The notes beneath the pieces were generated by a model that saw only the letters and a list, made by a program, of their open reading frames with translations, was not told the origin of the DNA and ran no database searches. A DNA stretch of 64,000 nt. Source: Spirulina sp. Lineage in GTDB: Bacteria > Cyanobacteriota > Cyanobacteriia > Phormidesmidales > Phormidesmidaceae. The stretch covers positions 96,001 to 160,000 of the forward strand of contig JBIPSI010000001.1 of the NCBI GenBank assembly GCA_044070495.1, in the 5' to 3' direction. A program made the position numbers and the translations under genes. Positions within the stretch are counted from its first letter, which is position 1; each line of letters begins with the position of its first letter. Below, in pieces: positions 31,242 through 40,162 of the stretch.

Positions 31242-32858
31242 TTGGCTAACAGTTTGAACAAGGAAAGGGGATCTATGATGCCATATTCTCTGTTTCAACC
31301 CTGGCGTTCCATGACCCCTGCCACCACCCTTGAACCCACCCTCAAGACCGCACCCCCTGAGCTTCAGGTCATCCAAATGACAAAGCATTTTGGATCCCTA
31401 GTGGCGCTCCAGGATGTTAGTTTAACCCTCACCCCCGGGACATTTCACGGCCTGCTGGGGGAAAACGGGGCTGGTAAAAGTACCCTGGTCAAATGCATTA
31501 TGGGTTTCTACACCCCCACCGCCGGGGAAATTTTGGTGGATCGTCAGCCCCACGCGATTAAAAGCCCCAAGGATGCCCACACCTACGGCATTGGCATGGT
31601 CTATCAGCATTTCACCTCCGTTCCGGCCATGACCGTGGCCGAAAATCTGGTGCTTTCTCGCTACGACCACCGCCAGGTGATTAATTGGAAAACCGAGTAC
31701 GAGGCTCTCCATGCCTTTATGGAGGCTTCCCCCTTCCGGGTCGATTTAGATTTGCCGGTGGCGCAACTGGCGGCGGGGCAAAAGCAAAAGCTGGAAATTC
31801 TCAAGCAGCTCTACCTGCAAAGCCGGATTCTAATCCTCGACGAACCCACCTCGGTACTCACCCCCGACGAAGCCGACGAGGTACTGGGGCTGCTGCGGGA
31901 GGAAGTGCAGGCGGGCCACCTGAGCGTCCTGTTGATCACCCACAAGTTTCGGGAGGTGATGGCCTTTACCGACGAGGTCACGGTGCTGCGCAAGGGGCAT
32001 CTGGCGGGCCACGGATCGGTGCAGGATCTCACGGTGGCCGATATGGCCCACATGATGCTTGGGGAAGAGCGCCAAACCAAGGATATGACCAAGGTGTCCC
32101 ACAGCGACGCCACTCCGATGTTGGAGGTTCACGGGCTGGCAGCCCACCGAGACAACGGCCTCGATGCCTTTGGCCCCCTCGATCTGGCGGTCTACAGCGG
32201 CGAGATCGTCGGTATTGCCGGGGTTTCGGGCAACGGCCAGCGGGAACTGGTGGAGGTATTAGCAGGGCAACGTCCGGCCACCCAGGGCGAGATCCACGTC
32301 AACGGCCAAGTCTACGGGGCCACCCGCCCCGAAATGACCCAGCTTGGGGTCTTCGCCCTGCCGGAGGAGCCCCTACGCAACGCCTGCGTACCAGGGATGA
32401 GCGTGGCGGAAAACCTGGCCCTGCGCAACTTCGACCGTCCCCCCCATGCCAAGTGGAACCTGTGGCTAGTGCTCAAGGCCATGCGCCAAACGGCCCAAGA
32501 ATTGATCGATATCTTCTCCGTCAAAACCCCCTCCCCCGATACCCCCATTCAAAACCTGTCGGGGGGCAATGTGCAGCGCACCGTCCTAGCCCGCGAACTG
32601 TCCTCCCCCGACATCAAGCTGTTGATTGCGGCTAATCCTTGCTTTGGCCTCGATTTTTCAGCGGTAGACTTCATCCATAGCGCCATTGTCGAGGCCCGCA
32701 ACCGAGGGGTGGCGGTGCTGCTGGTGAGCGAGGATTTGGACGAACTGCTAGCCCTCAGTGATCGCATTTTGGTGATCAGTGAAGGGCGCTTTGTGTACGA
32801 TAGCCCGATTGAAGCCGCCGATGTGAAGGAAATCGGCCATCGGATGGCGGGACATTAA
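31242..32858 (+). CDS. ABC transporter ATP-binding protein (duplicated ABC, CUT2 type)
   Basis: GENGAGKST, LILDEPT, LSGGNVQR, VSEDLDEL; true start probably one of the downstream Mets. Confidence 0.92.
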   Translation: MANSLNKERGSMMPYSLFQPWRSMTPATTLEPTLKTAPPELQVIQMTKHFGSLVALQDVSLTLTPGTFHGLLGENGAGKSTLVKCIMGFYTPTAGEILVDRQPHAIKSPKDAHTYGIGMVYQHFTSVPAMTVAENLVLSRYDHRQVINWKTEYEALHAFMEASPFRVDLDLPVAQLAAGQKQKLEILKQLYLQSRILILDEPTSVLTPDEADEVLGLLREEVQAGHLSVLLITHKFREVMAFTDEVTVLRKGHLAGHGSVQDLTVADMAHMMLGEERQTKDMTKVSHSDATPMLEVHGLAAHRDNGLDAFGPLDLAVYSGEIVGIAGVSGNGQRELVEVLAGQRPATQGEIHVNGQVYGATRPEMTQLGVFALPEEPLRNACVPGMSVAENLALRNFDRPPHAKWNLWLVLKAMRQTAQELIDIFSVKTPSPDTPIQNLSGGNVQRTVLARELSSPDIKLLIAANPCFGLDFSAVDFIHSAIVEARNRGVAVLLVSEDLDELLALSDRILVISEGRFVYDSPIEAADVKEIGHRMAGH

Positions 32859-32883
32859 CGCGACGGCAAGCACTGGGATGAGG

Positions 32884-33027
32884 CTAGGCCTTTTGGCGCT
32901 TTTGGAGGGCATTCAGCATCTGCTGACGAACCGCCTCCGCCCAGAGGGCAAAGTCCTCCCGATTGTGCAGGGCGTTGCGGGACGCTGGCGATGGGGACTG
33001 GCTAGCCGAACGGGGCGTGGAAGACAT
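32884..33027 (-). CDS. 47-aa small protein missing from the ORF track
   Basis: MSSTPRSASQSPSPASRNALHNREDFALWAEAVRQQMLNALQKRQKA; AGGAG about 10 nt upstream of the ATG. Confidence 0.65.
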   Translation of the reverse strand: MSSTPRSASQSPSPASRNALHNREDFALWAEAVRQQMLNALQKRQKA

Positions 33028-33227
33028 GGCGAAGGATCTCCTGAGGCATAGAGCAGCGGCAATTAGGGCAGTCAGCGGGAAAAAGACAAGCAGCTATCCC
33101 GCCAGAGTTGCCCTACCTCTGATCTAACAAATTTCCCCGTGCCTTGGGCCTCGGACTATGCAGGATCTGCATGATCCAGAAATTAGCCTACATAATCAAT
33201 CCTCCGAATCCCGATACCAGGATGATT

Positions 33228-35525
33228 CTAGAGCTTTGGCAATACCCGACCCAGCAGTTCCGGCGGCAGCTTCGATAAAACCGTCTGCTGTCCCGTCAGC
33301 CCCAGGATCTCGAAGTGCAGACGCACGGAATACACCAGGGCCTCAGCCAGCACATCGAGTTGGTCGGGCTGATCCTGCCAGCCCTGGTGGGCTAATAAAT
33401 AGTGGCCTAGGGCGGCCTGAAGGTGCTGCTCCCGCTGGGCTTGCTGGTCGGCGGGTAGGGCTAGGGCAATTTGGTCGTGAACAATGCCCGCACTGTGGCA
33501 GGTCGCCCATACATCAAATCCCGGAGGCTCTGGTGGCAATTGCTGAAGCGCCTGTTCCACCGCATCAAGGGCCGCTTCGTAGGCATCCACCGCCTGGCGC
33601 AGGCTTAGCAGACGTTCTTCGGGCTGCTGCATCTGCTGCTGGGCTAGGTTCCAGTAGGCGGTGCCCAGGTTGTTTTGGGTGGCGGCACAGCCCGCCGGAG
33701 TAGTCGCCAGGGTGCGATAAACCAGCGCCGTTTGGTAGGCATCAATGGCCTGTTCTAACCAGGGAATCGGGTGTTCCTGCTGGGCTAAACTCCAGTAGGC
33801 AATGCCCAGGTTGTTTTGCAGCATGGCGTATTCCTGGGGTTCGGCCTGGGGAATGCGATGGCGCAGCGCTTCTTGATAGGCGGCAATGGCTCGACGGAGA
33901 TGGTGTCGAGGCTGGTCGAGCTGGGATAGCCGCCAATGGATCGCGCCTAGGCTGTTTTGGCCATCGGCATAACCGATGGGATCCGCAGCGGCGGGGGTGT
34001 ATTGCAGGGCTTGGGTGTAGGCTTCCACCGCCCGTTCGAGGTTGGCTTGGGAGTCGCCTAGGTTGGCTAAAAGCCCATACACGCTGCCCAGGTTGCTATA
34101 CAGCCGACCCAGGGTGCCGGGGGCGACACTCGTCTGGCCGTCAATGGCCCGTTGGTAGGCGGCCACACTGCGCTGGAGCCACTGGCCCATCCCCTCCGGT
34201 TGGGTTTCCAACTGCGCCCGCATCCAGTACAGGCTGGCTACGTCATTGAGGGCATCACACCAGTCATTCTCCCCCTCTAGCAAGCCGTCAATGGCCCGCT
34301 GGTAAACCTCTAGGGTAAACTCCAGCACGGGCAAGCCCTCTGCCCCCGGCGCAATGTGCTCGCGACAGAGTTGGCCGAGGGCCAAGTGTGCCCTAGCGAG
34401 GGTTAGCGGCCCAGCCTGCTGTTGGTAGAGCAGTTGGATGTATTGCCCCAGGGGATGAATTTGGTCGTGGTGGGCTAGGGAGGGGGGAAACACTAACGCA
34501 GGTTGCGGCAAGGCCAGAAACCGAGGGGAGGGGGCAGGGGAGGGGTCTGGCACCTCGGCCTGGAAAAACGACGACGGCAAGGCTGGCTCAAGGGCTGGCT
34601 CAAGGCCTAGGGATGGCGCTTGGGCCTCTGGGGCTATCCCCAGAGAACCCAGGTCCTCGGTTACCGGGAGTCCTGACGCAGGCAAATCCACCCAGGCCAA
34701 ATGGGTCATGGGCGAGGCGGGCGGCGCTAGATCGGTCAGCGGCCAATCCATGCTCCAATCCGTCGGCCAATCCGCCGAGGGCATACCCTCCCCCTGGTGA
34801 CCTGCGATGTCTCGCCCCGCCTCCAGCCCCATGGCTGAATCATGTTTCAATCGACGTTCATCGTCCAAACCTATCCCAGGGCGACATGGGGCATGGGCCG
34901 ATGGGGTTGGCTCTCCCTCAAACTCGTATAGCCCGTTGCGAGATCGCCAAAACCCAGGCACCACCTGTTGAATTTTGCCCAGCCAAGGCCGGGGCACCCA
35001 CACCAACAATCGACAATCCAACTGGGTCAGGAGGGCGTCCACCCGAATTAGCGAGGCCAAAAAGCGGTTTTGCACCGTGGGCGACTGCCGCGTGAGGGTG
35101 GCCACCCCCAAAATTTGAAAGGCCGGAATCATGCCCGGATTTCCCCCCAGCCGTCGCTGCTGCTTCAACCACAACAGCACCTCCCGTACCAAATCTGGGC
35201 GATCCGCATCCAGCCGCAGCGTTGCCAGGGGCGATTGATCGGCCCGCACCTGAGGATTGTGTCCGCCCGATGGCAGGTAAGGATTGAGGTCAGCCTCCAG
35301 TCGATCCGCGAGCTGATCCTGCAACTCGCCATCATCACAGACCGCAATTAAGAGTTGTCGTCGCAACGGCAGTTGTAGCGCCGCCCGCAACTCTTGGTAG
35401 GCGGCCTGGTTATGCCCCAAAAACGTCTGTGAATTCAACGAAATAGCAGCAATCACGGTGTAGGGAGGTGAGGAGTAGATAATCAACCTTGCCCAAGCCC
35501 AGCTCAAGCAGATTGCCAAAACCAA
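33228..35525 (-). CDS. Tetratricopeptide repeat protein
   Basis: Repeated QNNLG.AYW.L / AI.AYQ.AL units; start position uncertain. Confidence 0.85.
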   Translation of the reverse strand: MVLAICLSWAWARLIIYSSPPYTVIAAISLNSQTFLGHNQAAYQELRAALQLPLRRQLLIAVCDDGELQDQLADRLEADLNPYLPSGGHNPQVRADQSPLATLRLDADRPDLVREVLLWLKQQRRLGGNPGMIPAFQILGVATLTRQSPTVQNRFLASLIRVDALLTQLDCRLLVWVPRPWLGKIQQVVPGFWRSRNGLYEFEGEPTPSAHAPCRPGIGLDDERRLKHDSAMGLEAGRDIAGHQGEGMPSADWPTDWSMDWPLTDLAPPASPMTHLAWVDLPASGLPVTEDLGSLGIAPEAQAPSLGLEPALEPALPSSFFQAEVPDPSPAPSPRFLALPQPALVFPPSLAHHDQIHPLGQYIQLLYQQQAGPLTLARAHLALGQLCREHIAPGAEGLPVLEFTLEVYQRAIDGLLEGENDWCDALNDVASLYWMRAQLETQPEGMGQWLQRSVAAYQRAIDGQTSVAPGTLGRLYSNLGSVYGLLANLGDSQANLERAVEAYTQALQYTPAAADPIGYADGQNSLGAIHWRLSQLDQPRHHLRRAIAAYQEALRHRIPQAEPQEYAMLQNNLGIAYWSLAQQEHPIPWLEQAIDAYQTALVYRTLATTPAGCAATQNNLGTAYWNLAQQQMQQPEERLLSLRQAVDAYEAALDAVEQALQQLPPEPPGFDVWATCHSAGIVHDQIALALPADQQAQREQHLQAALGHYLLAHQGWQDQPDQLDVLAEALVYSVRLHFEILGLTGQQTVLSKLPPELLGRVLPKL

Positions 35526-35769
35526 GCAATCGACCCCAAGCTAGACGTGGAAGACGTGCAACCCAATATCCAAAAGTTTCGCTGATGCCCTTAAAAACCC
35601 GGAGGATTGGGCCGTCCCTTAACTAAAGTTTCATCACTGTCACACCCATTCAGGACAGAACCTGTGCCACTTCCCCCGCCGGGTGCCGCCCCGCCGTTTC
35701 TAGGTTCGGCACTGTGGCACACCCCCCTGCCCAAAGCACGGCTAGACCGCTATACTTAAGAGTGCTTTT

Positions 35770-35842
35770 GCTGGTGTAGCTCAGTTGGTAGAGCAGCTGA
35801 TTTGTAATCAGCCGGTCGCAAGTTCGAGTCTTGTCACCAGCT
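35770..35842 (+). tRNA. trnT: tRNA-Thr(TGT)
   Basis: GCTGGTG/CACCAGC acceptor stem, CTGAT-TTGTAA-TCAG anticodon arm, GTTCGAG T-loop. Confidence 0.95.
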
Positions 35843-35849
35843 TTTCTTT

Positions 35850-35886
35850 AAAACCCCCTGAAGCCTTTTGGTTTCAGGGGGTTTTT
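35850..35886 (+). terminator. Intrinsic terminator after tRNA-Thr
   Basis: AAAACCCCCTGAAGCC-TTTT-GGTTTCAGGGGGTTTTT. Confidence 0.85.
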
Positions 35887-36431
35887 GTTGTCCGTAAACC
35901 CGCAGGATCCACAGGGCGGCCACGGTAGAGGTAGACGGTGAGGCTCTAGCGGCTTACCGATCAAGGCGTCTCGATAAAAACGTCAGAATTATGGGCCAGT
36001 ATCTCGCCGTGGAGGAGCTGACGACCAGGATAGAAGCCAGGGAACTCCGACCAGGATGTCCTTCACGCCCTATTGTTTTGATCATATTTTGCTGTTTTCT
36101 CTAGGGAAACCATTGAGAACCCTAAAAAACTTTCTGGAATAATAAATATAGTTGAACTTATGTTTAGGGTTGTTGAATGAAATTGCTACGGGTAACAGAT
36201 GAAATCTAGTCTTTTAGGGACAGATACTTTAGCTGTCTGGCCTACTCAGGGCTATCTGATTGAGTAGATAAGGCATCAGTCGCTCTGGTTTTTGTTACTT
36301 CTTTCATCGCGTTTGACTACGGGGTTGGTCGGCTCATTTTGTGCGGCCTATCGAGTCTAGTCAATCGTAGCGATTGAGGTTTTTTGACCATTGACTGTAG
36401 ATTTCAGTTGTTTTAGGAAACTTAATTCATC

Positions 36432-36905
36432 ATGAGTATTGTCGCTAAGGTCATTGCCCAATCCGACGAAGCGAATCGCTTCCTTAGCAGTGCTGAACTG
36501 GCTAAGCTCCAGGAGTTTTTCAGCAGCAGCACGGCCCGGGTTAGTGGGGCCAAAAAGCTGGCAGCTAACCAGCAGAAAATTGTGGATGAGGGCAGCAAGC
36601 GTTTTTGGGCCTCCTGCCCTAATACCCCTAGCAATAGCGGAAATCCTCAAAAAACCGCCCTCTGTCAGCGGGATCAGGGGTGGTACATTCGCTTGGTTAG
36701 CTACTGTTTGCTGGCGGGTAATTCCAAACCCCTAGAGGATATTGGCCTCGATGGTATGCGCGATATGTATGTGTCTTTGGGGGTTCCCCTCGCCAACCTA
36801 AAGCTGGCCATGAAGTGCATCAAAGAGGTGGCCCTGGGTGGCTTAACCTCTGAGGAAGCCGCTTTGGCGGCTCCTTATTTTGATCAGCTGATCCGCGCTT
36901 TTTAG
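36432..36905 (+). CDS. apcD4: Far-red-type allophycocyanin alpha subunit (ApcD4-like)
   Basis: MSIVAKVIAQSD, CPNTPSNSG, ALCQRDQGWYIRL; synteny with apcB-like and isiA-like genes. Confidence 0.85.
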   Translation: MSIVAKVIAQSDEANRFLSSAELAKLQEFFSSSTARVSGAKKLAANQQKIVDEGSKRFWASCPNTPSNSGNPQKTALCQRDQGWYIRLVSYCLLAGNSKPLEDIGLDGMRDMYVSLGVPLANLKLAMKCIKEVALGGLTSEEAALAAPYFDQLIRAF

Positions 36906-36959
36906 CCCATTTATTATCCATTGTGTTGAATTCACGCTATCCATTTTAAGAGGACAATC

Positions 36960-37445
36960 ATGCAAGATACCATTACGGCTGCTATCAACCCTGCTGACGA
37001 AAAAGGTAGCTATCTAGAGGGGGCTGAACTAGAGGCCCTAGAAAAGTACTTCCGCACCGGCGAAATGCGCGTGAAGGCGGCCAGCAAAATTAGCGAAAGT
37101 GCAGCTAGTATCATCAGCGAAACCGTGGCAAAAAGCTTGCTCTACGGTGACATTACCCTGCCTGGGGGCAATATGTATCCCACTCGTCGCTATGCCGCCT
37201 GCCTGCGGGATTTGAGCTATTTTCTGCGCTATGCAACCTATGCCATGCTGGCCGCCGATGCCTCGATCCTAGACGAACGAGTCCTCAATGGGCTGACGGA
37301 AACCTATGGGTCTTTGGGGGTTCCCATTGAGCCCACGATTCAGGCGATTCAAGCGATGAAAGACGTGGTTACCAGCCGCGTAGGGGCTGATGCTGGACAG
37401 GAAATGGGCGTGTATTTGGATCACCTCATTGCTGGTTTGGGCTAG
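36960..37445 (+). CDS. apcB3: Allophycocyanin beta subunit variant (ApcB3-like)
   Basis: [33 protein letters not shown]. Confidence 0.85.
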   Translation: MQDTITAAINPADEKGSYLEGAELEALEKYFRTGEMRVKAASKISESAASIISETVAKSLLYGDITLPGGNMYPTRRYAACLRDLSYFLRYATYAMLAADASILDERVLNGLTETYGSLGVPIEPTIQAIQAMKDVVTSRVGADAGQEMGVYLDHLIAGLG

Positions 37446-37483
37446 TCGTCCACGGTCTCTGTCGTTGCAGTCAAGTCATTACC

Positions 37484-38953
37484 ATGTACGCTAAGCAACA
37501 AAACCAGGAACAGTATCCCTGGTGGGCGGGCAATGCCCGATTCATTGATCTGTCGAATACGTTTATTGTGGCCCATGTCGCCCAGGCGGCGCTGATTATG
37601 CTGTGGGCCGGTCTGTTTACCCTGTTTGAACTGGCGGTGTATTCCCCCGATACCCCCCTGTATGGTCAAGGGCTGATTCTATTGCCCCACCTGGCTACCC
37701 AGGGCTGGGGCGTGGGGGCGGGTGGGGCCATCGCCGATACCTTTCCCCTGTTTGCCATTGGGGTGATCCATATTGTGGCGGCGGGGGTACTGGCGGGGGG
37801 GGCTTGGTTCCATCGCCAGCGCCTCCCCGCGAGCTTAGCCGCTGCCCAGGGCAACGCCAGCGCCTTTCACTTCGAGTGGGGCGATGCCAAAAAGCTAGGC
37901 TTCATTTTGGGCCATCACCTGATCGTCCTGGGGCTGGGAGCGCTGTTGCTGGTGCTCAAAGCCACTCGCTTCGGCGGGCTGTACGATGCGGCCCTGGGTG
38001 AGGTTCGTCTGGTCACCGATCCGACCCTCGGTTTGGCTACCCTCTGGAGCTATCGCACCCATCTGTTCGATGTCAATAACCTGGAGGATTTGGTCGGTGG
38101 CCATGTCTACGTGGCGGTGCTGCTGATCGCCGGTGGGGCTTGGCATATCTTAGTGCCTCCGTTTAACTGGGTGCGGCAGCGGTTTCTGTTTTCTGGCGAT
38201 GGCATTTTGGCCTATTCGCTGTTTGGCATTGCCCTAGCGGGTTTTGCGGCCTCCTACTACTGCGGGTTTAACACGCTGGCCTACCCCACCGAGTTCTATG
38301 GGCCAGCCCTCCAGCTTAAGTCGGCCTTTTTGCCCAGCTACTTCGATCCCAATCGACTGCCCGGTGCGGGCTATTCCTCGCGCACTTGGTTAGCCAATGC
38401 CCACTTTTATCTGGCCTTTTTCTTCCTCCAAGGGGGGCTATGGCACTATCAGCGGGCCATGGGCTTTGATCTGGCTGGCTTGTTTGCCACCTGGCGACAG
38501 GCCAAACTGGAGGCCAGTGAAAACCCCACCCTGACTTACCAAAAGCCGGTGCAAAATGCCCCCTCGCCCCAGCTTCAGGTGCAATACGGAGCTCCCGACC
38601 TGGAGCCCCAGCCCCTGCTGGCCATGGAGCAGTCCTTTGGGGAGTTTCTCTATCGGCCCTCCCAGGGTATTGCCACCCCTGACCTGACTCAGGTCAACGG
38701 GGTACGCACCACGCTCTACCAAACGGCGTTTCGTTCTCGCCACTACCGGTTCTATCAACGGGCGACCCAAACGGCAAAGGCAGAATTTGGCTACGGCGGT
38801 GGGCGATCCTCCGGGCGTTTGTACGAGCCAGCCAAGGCCCCTGCAAGCCCCAGTGCTTACCCCACGCCTCTGCCCTCGGTGATGTATGAGCCGAGCCACA
38901 GCCATGATCAGGCCGCCACGGTTGCCCTTGAGGTAGGTGCTCCAGCCCTTTGA
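37484..38953 (+). CDS. isiX: IsiA/CP43-family chlorophyll-binding protein with C-terminal extension (IsiX-like)
   Basis: [44 protein letters not shown], plus a ~150-aa soluble tail. Confidence 0.85.
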   Translation: MYAKQQNQEQYPWWAGNARFIDLSNTFIVAHVAQAALIMLWAGLFTLFELAVYSPDTPLYGQGLILLPHLATQGWGVGAGGAIADTFPLFAIGVIHIVAAGVLAGGAWFHRQRLPASLAAAQGNASAFHFEWGDAKKLGFILGHHLIVLGLGALLLVLKATRFGGLYDAALGEVRLVTDPTLGLATLWSYRTHLFDVNNLEDLVGGHVYVAVLLIAGGAWHILVPPFNWVRQRFLFSGDGILAYSLFGIALAGFAASYYCGFNTLAYPTEFYGPALQLKSAFLPSYFDPNRLPGAGYSSRTWLANAHFYLAFFFLQGGLWHYQRAMGFDLAGLFATWRQAKLEASENPTLTYQKPVQNAPSPQLQVQYGAPDLEPQPLLAMEQSFGEFLYRPSQGIATPDLTQVNGVRTTLYQTAFRSRHYRFYQRATQTAKAEFGYGGGRSSGRLYEPAKAPASPSAYPTPLPSVMYEPSHSHDQAATVALEVGAPAL

Positions 38954-38996
38954 TAGGCTAGGTTCGATCAACCCACACTAAATCCATTCTGGTGTG

Positions 38997-39030
38997 CCCG
39001 GTTTCTTCACGGAACCGGGTTTCTTTTCTT
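38997..39030 (+). terminator. Intrinsic terminator after isiX
   Basis: CCCGGTTTC-TTCAC-GGAACCGGG followed by TTTCTTTTCTT. Confidence 0.7.
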
Positions 39031-39133
39031 GGGGTAGAGCACCCACAGAAGGCGGCGGCGACTAGCCAGTTGACCAGTAGGGAACGGACAGAAAAGGCTA
39101 AGAACTGGTGGAAGAAGGCTTAGCTTTTCCAAA

Positions 39134-40093
39134 TTAAGTATCAGGGTGTTTTTCACATGTCTTTAACGCCCGTTTGTATTCCTCTTGGATTTGGTCTGCC
39201 ATCCACTCAGGTTCAAGGATTCTGACATTGCTGCCGTACTGCAAAATCCGCTGCCGAAACCAAAACCAGTGATCTTCAGTAGTTTCGATATCCACAAACT
39301 GGCCATCAGAATCTCGATGCAGCTCAACTTCGTTAGCTCGACGGGGTTGGTAGCTCGCCAAGGGGCCACTCATGCGATAGCGAATTTTTTCGGTGGGGAA
39401 GTAGAGCCGAGACCAAGGGGTAGTAGAGGCTGGGTAAACCTTGAGAATCCGATCTACTCGAAGAATCTGATTTTGCTCGATACTGGGACGTTTATCGCTG
39501 TAGCGCGGTGAGAAGTCGGGAACATGGGCAAATAGGTAGAGCAAACCATTGTGGAATCGGAGTTCTGAAAGATCGCAATCCCAATTTCTGGCATTCCCTG
39601 CACTACTGCGATAGCGAATCACATAGCGGCACCGTTGCTGGAAACGGTCTTGTAGCTGCTTCACGGTTTCTTCGAGCTTGGCCTCGCCATAGTCTACCGG
39701 AGGGCTAAAGGCGACCTTGACCTGAGATGGTTCAACTGGTGCCCTGAGCTTGCCAAGGTTGAGCAGATCGCTGGCTTGGGCTGAAAATCCCATATCGCTG
39801 AGGATATAGGCTGCCAGTGCTATGGATTCTCGCTGCTTGGGAGAGAGCAGCACTGGGAAGCATGACTCCACCAACTCATAGGGGCGATTGGGCGCACTGT
39901 TAATCTTGAAGCCACAATCCCTGAGTTTCCGGATCGCTCGGCTGACCTTCTGATCGATGTCATCAGAGGACTGACCATGCTCATCCAAGAAATCGGTCAT
40001 CAGGAGGCTTAGCGCCTCACGGGTCAAAGGCTTCTCGGATAGGCACCGCAGGATTTCGAGGGAAAACGCTAGCGGACTATAGGTAGATGTCAT
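39134..40093 (-). CDS. WYL-domain (HTH-WYL-WCX) transcriptional regulator, divergent from cas3
   Basis: N-terminal wHTH, LLYLFA, RVDRI, RILQYGSNVRILEP. Confidence 0.88.
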   Translation of the reverse strand: MTSTYSPLAFSLEILRCLSEKPLTREALSLLMTDFLDEHGQSSDDIDQKVSRAIRKLRDCGFKINSAPNRPYELVESCFPVLLSPKQRESIALAAYILSDMGFSAQASDLLNLGKLRAPVEPSQVKVAFSPPVDYGEAKLEETVKQLQDRFQQRCRYVIRYRSSAGNARNWDCDLSELRFHNGLLYLFAHVPDFSPRYSDKRPSIEQNQILRVDRILKVYPASTTPWSRLYFPTEKIRYRMSGPLASYQPRRANEVELHRDSDGQFVDIETTEDHWFWFRQRILQYGSNVRILEPEWMADQIQEEYKRALKTCEKHPDT

Positions 40094-40162
40094 TTTTTGA
40101 CGACAACTCTCTAGAAAGGGGTAATAACTTTATCTTAGTTGAATCACTCGGCCTAAACTGCT

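Noticed and set aside
31685..32635. 316-aa alternative-frame ORF and similar overlapping or antisense ORFs throughout
   Set aside because: Shadow frames of GC-rich genes with Gly/Arg/Pro-biased, motif-free translations
36432..38953. FaRLiP cluster
   Set aside because: No chlF, rfpABC, apcE2 or photosystem paralogs here; the gene set fits LoLiP
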